A stretch of 64,000 nt of DNA from Planctomycetota bacterium (lineage in GTDB: Bacteria; Planctomycetota; B15-G4). Shown piece after piece: positions 26,372-37,979 of this stretch. The DNA lies in assembly GCA_038212275.1 (NCBI GenBank), contig JBBQUR010000001.1:288001-352000 (forward strand), read 5' to 3'. Under the pieces are notes generated by a model, which was given only the letters and a program-made list of their open reading frames with translations, was not told the origin of the DNA and made no database searches. Position 1 is the stretch's first letter, and every line of letters begins with the position of its first letter. Made by a program: the position numbers and the translations under genes.

Positions 26372-27120
26372 CGCGCGCTGCGTGCTCCCAGCAGCATGTG
26401 GGCAAGCAGCAGCGCTGCCAGGACCAGGCTGCCCGTGATCGGCAGGCTGAGCCAGTCGATCGGTTCGGCGACGCTGGCGCTGGACGGGGCACGCACGGCA
26501 CGGCCGTCCCGGCCTGCCGCGGAGTTCGTCGGCGCGCCGGCGGGTGGCGCCTCGCGCTTCAGGCGGATCGACTGGATCGCCTGCATGAGTTCCGGCTGAA
26601 CGATCGCCCAGTCAGCTGCATAGGCCTGGAGACTCACCATCGCGAATTTGTTCCGGTCCGGTACGTACACCACCGTCTTGCGCATGGGCACACCTGCCTG
26701 ATTCTTGAACGACCCCTCGAGGCGGAATCCGCCGATCGGGGGCTTCACGGCTTCGGTGATTTCCACAGTCATGCCGGTCTTGCCGTAGGCCTCGATGAGC
26801 TCCTCGGAATTCCGGTAGGGCGGCGGCCCGTCGAACACGTGCACATCCATCTGGCGGTTGTACGGGCTGGTGCCATCCACCCAGAAATAGTGGTGCGAGA
26901 AGAGCTCGCCGTCGACGGCCTCATCGCGCGGCACGTTGCGCGCGGCCTCCTCGGAGACGTTCATGATGAGGGCGCGATGCGCAGGCGTCACCTCCTGCAA
27001 TCCTTCCGGGACCGACACTTCGAGCCCGAAGTCGGGATCGGTGAACGACGATTGCGCCCGCAGCGTGCCGGAGGCGCCGGCGAGGCCGGCCAGGAGCAGC
27101 AAGACGATGGGAATGCGCAT
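26368..27120 (-). CDS. Hypothetical exported protein with C-terminal membrane anchor
   Basis: Signal peptide MRIPIVLLLLAGLAGA, C-terminal TM helix; 4-bp overlap with the sulfatase start. Confidence 0.7.
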   Translation of the reverse strand: MRIPIVLLLLAGLAGASGTLRAQSSFTDPDFGLEVSVPEGLQEVTPAHRALIMNVSEEAARNVPRDEAVDGELFSHHYFWVDGTSPYNRQMDVHVFDGPPPYRNSEELIEAYGKTGMTVEITEAVKPPIGGFRLEGSFKNQAGVPMRKTVVYVPDRNKFAMVSLQAYAADWAIVQPELMQAIQSIRLKREAPPAGAPTNSAAGRDGRAVRAPSSASVAEPIDWLSLPITGSLVLAALLLAHMLLGARSAR

Positions 27121-27298
27121 CGGAAGGTCCTGCAGGGTGGCGCTGGATCGGTGGAAGCATAGAGCACGATGAGCCTGGGTCACAGCCCGCGAGCCGCCCG
27201 CGGCGCGTGTTTCCGGCGTGCCTCGTGTCGGCTGTGGAGGGCCGGTGCCTGCATTCCCGTGTCGTCGGCGCGGCGCACGTCCTTAGAATGCGCCGCCG

Positions 27299-27976
27299 AT
27301 GAACTCGTTGCTTGCACTCGCCATCGCTTACGTTGCGGGCAGCCTCTCGTTTGCGACGATCGTCGCGCGCAGTCGCGGAGTGGACATCCGCAAGCAGGGG
27401 AGCGGCAACCCGGGGGCGACCAACGTAGGGCGGGTGCTGGGCCGCCGCTGGGGGCATCTGGTCCTCGTGCTGGATATCCTCAAGGGGCTGCTGCCCGTGC
27501 TTTTTCTGCGGGCTTTCCCGGGCTGGGTGGATGACGGCCGCGCTCCGATCGCCGCCGCGGTCGTGATCGGTCACGTGTTTCCGATCTTCTCGCCGCTCCA
27601 CGGCGGCAAGGGAGTGGCCACGTTTCTCGGCGCCGGTCTCGGCATCGACTGGGTGCTCACGCTCATTGCTCTCGCCGTGCATTTCGGCGTTCGCCGGGCG
27701 ACCGGCTACGTCTCCGTCGCATCGGTCGCGATGGCGTGGTCGCTGCCCGTATCGCAGTGGATCGCGCGTAGTCTCGGCTTGTCGGAGACCGTGAACACGG
27801 CCGGCGCCCCCGTGCTTGCGGGACTCGCGCTGGTGATCACGTTGCGTCACGCGAGCAATTTCGTGAGGATTCGTGCCGGCAGCGAATCCCGGATCGGTCG
27901 GCCGTCGCCGCACCCCGGCCAGTCCGGGGACTCTGCGCCGACGTCGGAGAAACCCATGCACAAGGGAAAGCACTGA
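27299..27976 (+). CDS. plsY: Glycerol-3-phosphate acyltransferase PlsY
   Basis: DIRKQGSGNPGATNVGR, DILKG, GHVFPIF, GGKGVAT and RHASNF motifs. Confidence 0.95.
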   Translation: MNSLLALAIAYVAGSLSFATIVARSRGVDIRKQGSGNPGATNVGRVLGRRWGHLVLVLDILKGLLPVLFLRAFPGWVDDGRAPIAAAVVIGHVFPIFSPLHGGKGVATFLGAGLGIDWVLTLIALAVHFGVRRATGYVSVASVAMAWSLPVSQWIARSLGLSETVNTAGAPVLAGLALVITLRHASNFVRIRAGSESRIGRPSPHPGQSGDSAPTSEKPMHKGKH

Positions 27977-28971
27977 TGGAAAACGTCGCGGTCCTCGGCG
28001 ATGGAGCATGGGGCACGGCCCTGGCGATGGTGCTCGCCGAGCGTGGCGCCTCGGTGATCCAGTGGAGCTACTCGTCCGAGCGTGCACTCGAGATGCAGAC
28101 CTCGCGCACGAACCGCAAGTATCTGCCGGGATATCGCATGCCGGACGGCGTGACGGTCACGGCCGAAGCCGCCGCCATGGCGCACGCCGACCTCATCTTC
28201 AGTGTCGTGCCGAGCCAGTTCCTGAACGCGGTGCTCTCCGGCCTCAAGCCGCACTTCAAGCGGGCACGTCCGTTCGTGTCCGCGACCAAGGGCCTGGAAT
28301 TTCCGACGCACCGGCGTGCGACGGAGATCATCCTCGAGACGCTCGGGCCGCGGTCGATCGCCGTGCTGTCGGGGCCCAGCCTGGCGGGCGAGGTCGTTCA
28401 GCACATGCCGACGGCCGTCGTGGCTGCCTCGCGCGACCTCGGGCTTGCGCTGCGCGTCCAGGACCTGCTCACGACGGAGCACTTCCGTGTCTACACGAGC
28501 CAGGATCCTGTGGGCGTAGAGCTCGGGGGCGCGCTGAAGAACGTGCTGGCCATCGCCGGCGGCATGGTGGATGGCCTGCGACTCGGCGACAACACGAAGG
28601 CCGCGCTGCTCACGCGCGGCCAGGCGGAGATGGCACGCCTCGGCACGGTGCTCGGCGGACAGACGGACACCTTCCACGGCTTGTCCGGCATCGGCGACCT
28701 CGTCGTGTCGTGCATGTCGAGCCAGGGGCGCAACCGGCAGGTGGGGGAGCGCATCGGCCGCGGCGAGACGCTGGACAGGATTCTGCCCACGATTCCCGGC
28801 GTGCCCGAGGGCGTGCTGACGAGCAAGGCCGTCATGCAGCTGGCCGAGGAACACGGCATCGAGTTGCCCATCTGCCACGAGATCCACGAGGTGCTGTACC
28901 GCGGCAAGGATCCGCTGCAGGCCGTCGCGGACCTGATGACCCGCCAGCAGAAGGACGAAGTCATGACCTGA
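27976..28971 (+). CDS. gpsA: NAD(P)H-dependent glycerol-3-phosphate dehydrogenase
   Basis: GDGAWGTALA, ATKGLE, LSGPS, GGALKNVLAI, GLSGIGDL and GRNR motifs. Confidence 0.96.
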   Translation: MENVAVLGDGAWGTALAMVLAERGASVIQWSYSSERALEMQTSRTNRKYLPGYRMPDGVTVTAEAAAMAHADLIFSVVPSQFLNAVLSGLKPHFKRARPFVSATKGLEFPTHRRATEIILETLGPRSIAVLSGPSLAGEVVQHMPTAVVAASRDLGLALRVQDLLTTEHFRVYTSQDPVGVELGGALKNVLAIAGGMVDGLRLGDNTKAALLTRGQAEMARLGTVLGGQTDTFHGLSGIGDLVVSCMSSQGRNRQVGERIGRGETLDRILPTIPGVPEGVLTSKAVMQLAEEHGIELPICHEIHEVLYRGKDPLQAVADLMTRQQKDEVMT

Positions 28972-28999
28972 TCGGCAGCGCGCCGTCCGGCGCGCGCGA

Positions 29000-31024
29000 T
29001 CAGCCCTCAGGGGCCATCGCTCCGGGTTCGGGCACTGGTGCGGACGCGGGGGCCGGAGTGGTCGGCGGGGCTGCCGGCGAGACTGTCGGCATCGCAGCGG
29101 GCATCGCGGAGTAGTCCATGCCGCACCAGGCCTTGAAGGCCTTGCGCTGAGCGTCGCTGGGCGACTCCACCGGCAGCAGCCGCCAGTCCGCGAGGCGCAG
29201 AAGGCGCGGTCGCAGAGTCACCCGTCGCAATTCCTGGCCGCGGAAGAAGGAGATCTCCACGTGTTCGCCGCGCGTCCTGTCCAGGCGATCCTGAAGGGTG
29301 GCGGCGTTCAGGCGCATGCCGTTCACCGCGAGCAGCAGATCGTGGACATTGAGCCCTGCCGCGAAGGCCGGGCCATCCTCCAGCACCGCCGTGATCCGGC
29401 ACAGACCGCCTTCGTCCGCGGTGGAGACCCCGAGGTCAGGCGACAGCAGGAAGCCGTCGCGATCACGGGCGAGCAGGCGCGCGGATTCGGTCGGCTTCTG
29501 CACCAGGCGCAGTCCGACCCAGGCGAGATCCTCATCGGGTGAAAGCGGCGCAGTTCCGTCGACCCAGTCCGCGAAGAACGATGAGAGGTCGGTGCCGGCG
29601 GTTCGCTGTGAAAGTTCCCGCACGGCGCCTTCGGGAAAGCCCGATCCGGCTTCCGTGTATTGCTTCCACCCCAGCCGCAGGGCGTCGGCCAGGCATCGCG
29701 ATCCGCCGGTGGCGCGACGGATGCGCATGTCGAGCAGCAGCGCGACGAGGCCGCCCTTGGTGTAGTAGCTGACCGAGGCATTGCGGCTGTTCTCGTCCGG
29801 ACGGTAGTACTTGATCCAGGCGTCGTGGCTCGCGCGCGTGAGGCTCATGCGCCGTGCGCCGGGGAGTTCGGCGATCTCGCGGAACCCGGAAGCCAGCACG
29901 TCGAGATACTCGGACGGCTTGTCGCAGAAGCCTGCGCGCACCGTGGAGAGGTGGTCGTAGTAGCTCGTGATGCCTTCGGCTACCCAGAGGTCGCGCGTGT
30001 AGTTCTCGTGGTCGTAGTCGAAGGGACCCAGGGAGGACGGCCTGAAGCGCTTCACGTTCCAGGCGTGAAAGAATTCGTGCGCGATCAGCTCGAGCAGCGC
30101 GCGGTATTCCTTCTTCTGGTGCAGGGTCCAGCGCTGGGCGACGCAGACGCTGCTGTTCTTGTGCTCGAGGCCGCCGCCGCCGCTGTCCACGAGCGGGATG
30201 ATGAAGGTGTAGTCGTCGAATGGCATCAGGCCGAAGATCGAAGCGACCTCCGCGACGATGCGTTGCACGTCGCGCTGCAGCGCCGCCTCGTCCACGGCGC
30301 CTTCGCCTGCGAGCACGATGCGAAACGGCACGCCGTCCTGGGTGAAGGCGAGCACGCGGTGCGGCCCGACCTCGATCGGACAGTCCACCAGCGTGTCGTA
30401 GTCCGGGGCCAGCCAGCCGTCTCCGTCCGCCGTCAGGCCGGTGGCAACCTGCCAGCCGTCCGGTGCATCCAGTTCGACGCGATGGCTGCCTGCCTCGCGG
30501 CCTCGCACGAAGAGGAAAGTCGCGGCCGGCGAGAGGAAGGCATGGCGGTCGTCGACGTGGCTTGTGCGCACGGAGCGCTCGTTGGCGTAGACCGTGTAGT
30601 CCACGTGCACGACCCGCGCGCCGCCGGAGTCCACGCGCCACGAGTTCTTGTCGAGCTTCTCGACGGGCAGCGGGCGGCCGAGGTCGTCGCTGGCAACCAG
30701 GTCGAGCACGTTGCGGCTGTACTCGCGCACGAGGTAGCTGCCGGGCGTCCATACCGGCATCGCCACCACGAAGCCTTCGGGCGGCGCGTCGGAGAGCGAG
30801 AGGCGCACGTCGACGCGATGAGCCTGGCGGTCTGGAAATCGGAGGGAGTAGCGGAGCATGGCGGTCTCGACGGGGGCTGGCGGAGGCGCCGGTTCGCGCT
30901 GCAGCGGCTCGACCAGGTCGGCGGAGGCTGCACCCGGAGGACCGGGCTCGCTCACGTCGCGCGGACCGATCGCACAGGCAGTCAGCAACAGGAGCGAAAC
31001 GGCGGCGACGGCGTGATGAGGCAC
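29000..31024 (-). CDS. M61 glycyl aminopeptidase-family lipoprotein with PDZ domain
   Basis: PVWTPGSYLVREY, GGGLEH, HEFFHAWNVKR, LWVAEGITSYY, SYYTKG, PDZ GPAFAAGL; start uncertain (31024 or 31060). Confidence 0.92.
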   Translation of the reverse strand: MPHHAVAAVSLLLLTACAIGPRDVSEPGPPGAASADLVEPLQREPAPPPAPVETAMLRYSLRFPDRQAHRVDVRLSLSDAPPEGFVVAMPVWTPGSYLVREYSRNVLDLVASDDLGRPLPVEKLDKNSWRVDSGGARVVHVDYTVYANERSVRTSHVDDRHAFLSPAATFLFVRGREAGSHRVELDAPDGWQVATGLTADGDGWLAPDYDTLVDCPIEVGPHRVLAFTQDGVPFRIVLAGEGAVDEAALQRDVQRIVAEVASIFGLMPFDDYTFIIPLVDSGGGGLEHKNSSVCVAQRWTLHQKKEYRALLELIAHEFFHAWNVKRFRPSSLGPFDYDHENYTRDLWVAEGITSYYDHLSTVRAGFCDKPSEYLDVLASGFREIAELPGARRMSLTRASHDAWIKYYRPDENSRNASVSYYTKGGLVALLLDMRIRRATGGSRCLADALRLGWKQYTEAGSGFPEGAVRELSQRTAGTDLSSFFADWVDGTAPLSPDEDLAWVGLRLVQKPTESARLLARDRDGFLLSPDLGVSTADEGGLCRITAVLEDGPAFAAGLNVHDLLLAVNGMRLNAATLQDRLDRTRGEHVEISFFRGQELRRVTLRPRLLRLADWRLLPVESPSDAQRKAFKAWCGMDYSAMPAAMPTVSPAAPPTTPAPASAPVPEPGAMAPEG

Positions 31025-31123
31025 GCACCGATCATCCGGAAGACTCGCGGCGCCGATCAAGCACGGAGCCGTCGAAGTCGTGGCGAGGGCGCGCCACCGC
31101 GACGGGGCGCGGCGCGATCCGCC

Positions 31124-31543
31124 TCAACGAACGAGCAGGTCGTCGAGCACGGCGCGGATGTCGGGCGGGAACGGGACGCTTGCGAAGGTGTCGAGATCGA
31201 TCAGCGCCACCGTGCCCAGGGCCTGCACGGACGGCTCGGACTGCCCGCCGTTGAAGCCTCGATACCTGAAGGTGACCGACGTCCGGCCGATGCGCGTGAC
31301 ATCCAGCACCAGTCGCATCGGGTCGCCGAAGCGGAAGGCTTTGCGGAAGTCCGTCTCGAGCCTGACCATCGGCAGGCCGAGCCGCCGCTCCGAGAGGAGA
31401 GTGACGTACGGCTTGCCGAGCCGCTCGCCGAACATGTCCTCGAACACCGCGTGGAAGTTCTCGAAAAAGCGCGGGTAGTACATGATGCCCGCGCAATCCA
31501 CCTGGCCGAAGCGCACCGGCAGCGTGACCTCGAAGGCCCCCAA
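31124..31543 (-). CDS. Acyl-CoA thioesterase (4HBT/YbgC family)
   Basis: VRFGQVDCAGIMYYPRFF hot-dog motif; TTG start 1 nt after the iscX stop. Confidence 0.85.
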   Translation of the reverse strand: MGAFEVTLPVRFGQVDCAGIMYYPRFFENFHAVFEDMFGERLGKPYVTLLSERRLGLPMVRLETDFRKAFRFGDPMRLVLDVTRIGRTSVTFRYRGFNGGQSEPSVQALGTVALIDLDTFASVPFPPDIRAVLDDLLVR

Positions 31544-31544
31544 G

Positions 31545-31747
31545 TCAGTCCTCCAACTCGTCGAGCCACGCCATCTGGATGGCCTCGAGCACCTTCTCGC
31601 CGCCCTGCTGCGACAGGCCGGTGAAGCCCGGCAACGCAAGCACCCAGGCGTGAAGGTCCGTGAATCGCACGCTCAACGGGTCGACGTCAGGGTGCGCCTC
31701 GGCGAGCAACGGCGCGATGTCGTGCACGTCGGTCCAGCCCATCGGTC

Positions 31748-31751
<4 letters not shown>
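31545..31751 (-). CDS. iscX: Fe-S assembly protein IscX
   Basis: WTD..DIA, HPDVDP..VRFTDLH.WV and EKVLEAIQMAWLDE motifs. Confidence 0.95.
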
Positions 31752-33627
<1,876 letters not shown>

Positions 33628-33631
<4 letters not shown>

Positions 33632-34239
33632 GCCGCACGCTCCGCGTCGCGCAGCATGCGGCGCAGGACGCGCAGTTCGTGCAGCAGCGTCGCGAGGCGC
33701 CGCGTGTCGGGCGACGTCCAGGCCGCGGGCTCGTTGAGCACGGACAGGCGCCGGGTGATCTCGTCGCGGAGTTCGTCGCCAAGCCGCGCCAGCCTGGCGA
33801 TGTCGTGCCCGGCCACGGCTTCCTCGGCGGCCTCCGAGGTCTCCATGGCCGTCATCAGGAACTCCGGAGAGAGTTGCTTCCAGCGCTCGAGCGCCTGCGG
33901 GTCGTGCAGCGCGAGCAGGTATTCCGCCCGCGACTCCTCGTCGCCGAGGGTCACGTAGGCCTCGTTGAGCAGGGCGCTGTTGCGCAGTGCAAGGTCGCGC
34001 AGGGCGGCGTCGGCGCCACCGTGGAAGTCGGGGTGGAGCAGCCGTGACAGGCGCAGGTAGGCGCGCTCGAGGCTACCGGCGTCGGTGCGCGAACCGGCAT
34101 CGCCAGGCAGGCCGAGCCTCTGGAAGTGCGTGGAGTCCGCAGTTTCCTCGAGCAGGCGCCCGCAGTGCAGGCACGCCAGCGAACTCCCCGGTTCCGCGCC
34201 GCATCCGGGGCACGCCGGCAGTGTGGATGCACTCGTCAT
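33628..34239 (-). CDS. hscB: Fe-S co-chaperone HscB with N-terminal tetracysteine motif
   Basis: J-domain HPD, LNEAY.TL, RAEYLL; N-terminal CPGC-x9-CLHC. Confidence 0.9.
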
Positions 34240-34256
34240 CGCAGCAGTTGCCACGC

Positions 34257-34625
34257 TCAGACCGAGAAAGACGTGCCGCACCCGCAGGTGCCGCTGGCCG
34301 TCGGGTTCTTGAAGGTGAAGCCGCGGTCCATCAGGCCGTCGTTGAAATCGATCACGGAGCCGTGCATGTAGAACTCGCTCTTCATGTCCACGCGCACGTC
34401 GATGCCGTGCCAGCTGCTGACGATGTCGAATTCGTCGGCGGCATTCCGATCAAGGTCGATCTGGTACGCGAAGCCCGCGCAGCCTCCGCCCTTGACCGAG
34501 AGGCGCATGGCCGTCTCGGGGGGCAGGCCCTTTTCCTTGAGGATGTGGCGGAATTCCCGCGCGGCGCGCTCGGTCACCACGATGGGTGATTCGGTGCCGG
34601 TCAGCGTGTCGGTCTCAGTGCTCAT
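34257..34625 (-). CDS. iscA: A-type Fe-S carrier IscA
   Basis: GGGCAGFAY and TCGCGTSF motifs; position within the isc operon. Confidence 0.93.
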   Translation of the reverse strand: MSTETDTLTGTESPIVVTERAAREFRHILKEKGLPPETAMRLSVKGGGCAGFAYQIDLDRNAADEFDIVSSWHGIDVRVDMKSEFYMHGSVIDFNDGLMDRGFTFKNPTASGTCGCGTSFSV

Positions 34626-34656
34626 GTCGATCCTGGGGAGGGCGGGCTGAGGGCGG

Positions 34657-35070
34657 TCAGGCGGGCTTCGTGCCGGCGGGCTGAGCGTCCTGTGCGTGCT
34701 TCGAGCGGTAGTCGTTCAGCGCCGCGCGGATCGCATCCTCGGCAAGTACCGAGCAGTGGATCTTCACCGGCGGCAGCGACAGCTCGTTCACGATGTCCGT
34801 GTTGCGGATCTGCAGCGCCTCGTCGATGGTCTTGCCCTTGACCCATTCGGTGGCCAGGCTGCTGCTCGCGATCGCCGAGCCGCATCCGAACGTCTTGAAC
34901 TTGGCATCCTCGATGATGCCCTGTGCGTTGACGCGGATCTGAAGCTTCATCACGTCGCCGCACTCGGGTGCGCCGACGACGCCGGTACCGACCGCAGGAT
35001 CGCTCTTGTCGAGACTGCCGACGTTGCGCGGGTGTTCGTAATGATCGAGGACTTTGTCGCTGTAGGCCAT
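34657..35070 (-). CDS. iscU: Fe-S scaffold IscU
   Basis: YSDKVLDHY, APECGDVM, FGCGSAIASSS and LPPVKIHCS motifs. Confidence 0.97.
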   Translation of the reverse strand: MAYSDKVLDHYEHPRNVGSLDKSDPAVGTGVVGAPECGDVMKLQIRVNAQGIIEDAKFKTFGCGSAIASSSLATEWVKGKTIDEALQIRNTDIVNELSLPPVKIHCSVLAEDAIRAALNDYRSKHAQDAQPAGTKPA

Positions 35071-35139
35071 GGGAGTTGTTCCGGAAACGGTGTTGCGTGT
35101 GTTCGATGCCAGGTGTGCGTGCTGCGAGAGCGGCGCCGC

Positions 35140-36375
35140 TCAGTGCGACGGTCCCCATTTCACGCTGGAGAGGTCGATTCCCTCCTGGACCATCTCGTAC
35201 AGCGGAGACATCGCACGCAGGCGCGTCACCGTCGAGATGATCGTGTCGGCGGCTTCGTCCACGTCCTGTTCCGTGGTGAAGCGACCGATGCTGAAGCGGA
35301 TGGAGGAGTGAGCCAGTTCGTCGCCGACGCCCAGCGCGCGCAGCACGTAGCTGGGCTCGAGACTCGCCGAGGTGCAGGCGGAGCCCGAAGAGACGGCCAC
35401 GTTCGGCACGCCCATGATGAGCGACTCGCCCTCGACGTACGCGAAGGAGAGATTGCACGTGGTCGGCAGGCGCCATTCCGGATGGCCATTGAGTTCGACG
35501 TGGTCGAGCCTGGCGCGGATGCGCTGCTCGAGGCGTTCGCGCAGGCGCTTGTAGTGCTCCTGGTCCTTGTCGAAGTCGAGCTTCGCGAGCCGGCAGGCTT
35601 CGCCGAGTCCGACGATGCCCGGCACGTTGAGCGTGCCGCTGCGCATCCCGCGTTCGTGGCCTCCGCCGTGCATCTGCGGAGCCAGCCGGACGCGCGGGTT
35701 CTTGCGGCGCACGTACAGCGCCCCGACGCCCTTCGGCCCGTAGAGCTTGTGAGCGGACAGGCTGATCATGTCGAGCTTCATCTGGTCGACGTCGAAGGGG
35801 ATCTTGCCGACCGCCTGCGTGGCGTCGGAATGGAACCAGATGCCCTTCTCCCGCGCGAGGGCGCCGATTTCCGCGATCGGGTGCAGGGTTCCGATCTCGT
35901 TGTTCGCGGCCATGAGCGTGATGAGGATGGTGTCCGCGCGCAGCGCGTCGCGCACCTGGTCCGCGGACACGCGGCCGAAGTGGTCCGGAGCCAGGTAGGT
36001 GACATCGGCCCAGCCGCGGCTCTCGAGGTACTTGCACGAGTCCAGGATGGCCTTGTGCTCGGTCACGCAGGTGATCACGTGCCGGCCCTTTTCGGCGAGC
36101 ATCTCGACGGTTCCCTTGACCGCGAGGTTGTCCGACTCCGTGGCGCCGCTGGTGAAGACGATTTCCTTGCCGGTGCAGCCGATCAGCGCGCCGATGTGAC
36201 CGCGAGCGAGTTCGACGGCCTCCTCGGCTTCCCACCCGAAGTGGTGGGTGCGGCTGGCGGCATTGCCGAACTTCGCCGTGAGGTACGGCATCATCGCCTC
36301 GAGCACGCGCGGATCGAGCTGCGTGGTCGCGTTGTTGTCGAGGTAGATCGAATGTTTGGACTGCGGCATCGACAT
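35140..36375 (-). CDS. iscS: Cysteine desulfurase IscS
   Basis: [34 protein letters not shown]-terminal SPLYEM..W. Confidence 0.97.
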   Translation of the reverse strand: MSMPQSKHSIYLDNNATTQLDPRVLEAMMPYLTAKFGNAASRTHHFGWEAEEAVELARGHIGALIGCTGKEIVFTSGATESDNLAVKGTVEMLAEKGRHVITCVTEHKAILDSCKYLESRGWADVTYLAPDHFGRVSADQVRDALRADTILITLMAANNEIGTLHPIAEIGALAREKGIWFHSDATQAVGKIPFDVDQMKLDMISLSAHKLYGPKGVGALYVRRKNPRVRLAPQMHGGGHERGMRSGTLNVPGIVGLGEACRLAKLDFDKDQEHYKRLRERLEQRIRARLDHVELNGHPEWRLPTTCNLSFAYVEGESLIMGVPNVAVSSGSACTSASLEPSYVLRALGVGDELAHSSIRFSIGRFTTEQDVDEAADTIISTVTRLRAMSPLYEMVQEGIDLSSVKWGPSH

Positions 36376-36383
36376 GGCTTCGT

Positions 36384-36821
36384 TCACTTCCCGACGGGGA
36401 TCGCTGGGGTCTGGGGCTGCATGAGCTCTGCGAGGCTGACGTCCTCGAGCAGGGCGATGATCCGGCGATGCACGCTGCGCATCGGGCTGCGCGACGGGCA
36501 CACGTCCTCGTAGCCGCAGTTTCCGACGGACAGGTCCTCGACGGCGCAATCGATGAGTTGCACCGGTCCGTCGATGACATTCAGCACGTCGAGCAGCGAG
36601 ATGTCGGCGGCCGGACGGGCAAGCTGATAGCCGCCGTGGAGTCCGCGCCGCGACTGGAGCAGGCCGGCCTTGCTGAACTCCTTCAGCAGGTTGGCCACGA
36701 CCGTGCGGGGCATGTGATAGAGGTCGGCCAGATCGCGTGTGCTGGCAAGCTCGGTCTCGTGCCGGGCAAAATGGCCCAGCAGCAGGACGCCGTAGTCGGC
36801 CATGCGTGAGAAGCGAATCAT
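36384..36821 (-). CDS. Rrf2-family Fe-S-responsive transcriptional regulator (IscR-like)
   Basis: [18 protein letters not shown], three Cys (DC..GNC..VC); first gene of the isc operon. Confidence 0.9.
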   Translation of the reverse strand: MIRFSRMADYGVLLLGHFARHETELASTRDLADLYHMPRTVVANLLKEFSKAGLLQSRRGLHGGYQLARPAADISLLDVLNVIDGPVQLIDCAVEDLSVGNCGYEDVCPSRSPMRSVHRRIIALLEDVSLAELMQPQTPAIPVGK

Positions 36822-36889
36822 GGGGTTGCCTCGTGTTGCTGCCGGCCGATCCCGATCTCCGGGAGGGCCGTCCGCAACGGTCGCCCTAG

Positions 36890-36946
36890 AATAGGATGAG
36901 ATCGCTGCTCTATCCATCGGAAAAAGAGGAGTGAAACAGTACTCTT
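36890..36946. promoter_or_regulatory. Two related 23-bp imperfect palindromes, candidate Rrf2 operator
   Basis: Minus strand AAGAGTACTGTTTCACTCCTCTT (36924-36946) and TAGAGCAGCGATCTCATCCTATT (36890-36912) in an AT-rich patch upstream of the regulator. Confidence 0.5.
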
Positions 36947-37073
36947 GCTTCGAAAGGGCTCCCGTCAGCCCGCGTGGACGTCCCTTGCGGAGTCCCGGCG
37001 CAGCTCTGACTGCCCTTGTCCCTTCGGTTTTGCGAGACTTCCTGCCCACCTTTCCCAGCGCGCACGGATCCCG

Positions 37074-37550
37074 ATGACTGACCGCAAAGCCGCCCGAAAC
37101 CCGCACGCCCTGTTCGTGATCGAAGGGGACTGCCAGCGGCCGCTGGCCTTCGGCCCGCTGGATCTCGCCGATCTCCATGCGAATTATCAGGTCGACGACA
37201 TGGCCACGGTCGACGAGCGCCTGTCAGGCAAGGGTGTGCGACTGCGCAAGCTCATCGACCTGGTTGGCCCCGGATACGGAACCGCCTGGCTGACCATTCA
37301 GAGCCTCGAGGGCTTCACCGCCTGCGTGCCCCTGGCTCAGGTGTCACGCACGGGAGTGATCCTGTACGAGAAGTCCGGCAAGGCGCTCTCGGTGGAGGAC
37401 GGCGGGCCGGCCCGCCTGATCGTGCCCTTCTTCGCGGCCGAGTGCGCCGACGTGAAAGGCCTGTCGCGCTTGTCCATCAGCCGTGAACCGACCAGGCACG
37501 TGGCGACAACCGCGCAAGCTCAAGGCAGCGGGACCGCATTGCGGCGCTGA
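37074..37550 (+). CDS. Small protein with an oxidoreductase molybdopterin-binding-like domain
   Basis: GVRLRKLI, EGFTACVPL, L..EDGGPARLIVP and VKGL..L motifs. Confidence 0.7.
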   Translation: MTDRKAARNPHALFVIEGDCQRPLAFGPLDLADLHANYQVDDMATVDERLSGKGVRLRKLIDLVGPGYGTAWLTIQSLEGFTACVPLAQVSRTGVILYEKSGKALSVEDGGPARLIVPFFAAECADVKGLSRLSISREPTRHVATTAQAQGSGTALRR

Positions 37551-37568
37551 GGCGCCGCCGCCGGTCGC

Positions 37569-37919
37569 CTACGCGAAAAGCGTCTTCCAGCGCTCCTCGT
37601 GGAAGCCGACGACAAGTGTGCGGCCGATGCGCATCGACGGCGCGCGCAGATTGCCGGTCGGGCCCAGCAGCACCTCATACAGAATCTTCTCCACGGGAGG
37701 ATCGCGCTTGAGGTCGTAGTCCACGAAGGACTTGCCCTTCGCTGCCACCACCCGGTTGGCGTGGCGCAGCAGCGCGGCAATCTGCGGCTTGCCGAGGACC
37801 ACCTTGCGGGCATCCACGACCTCGCTCGCGGACAGTCCGCGCTTCTCGAGAAACGCGTCGGCCCGGGCGCAACTGGTGCAGCCCTTGCGGTGGTAGTACC
37901 AGTCGATCTTTGCGGCCAT
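37569..37919 (-). CDS. ArsC/Spx-like thioredoxin-fold protein (CxxC)
   Basis: YYHRKGCTSC and LGPTGNLRAP..R.G..LVVGF motifs. Confidence 0.8.
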   Translation of the reverse strand: MAAKIDWYYHRKGCTSCARADAFLEKRGLSASEVVDARKVVLGKPQIAALLRHANRVVAAKGKSFVDYDLKRDPPVEKILYEVLLGPTGNLRAPSMRIGRTLVVGFHEERWKTLFA

Positions 37920-37979
37920 GCCTCGCCTCGCTCCCGTGGAAACGAGGCTGAATTCTAGCATTTCGACGGGCGAAACTCT

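Noticed and set aside
37569..37919. ArsC-like protein as a third selenoprotein
   Set aside because: Both Cys of GCTSC are encoded by TGC; there is no in-frame TGA.
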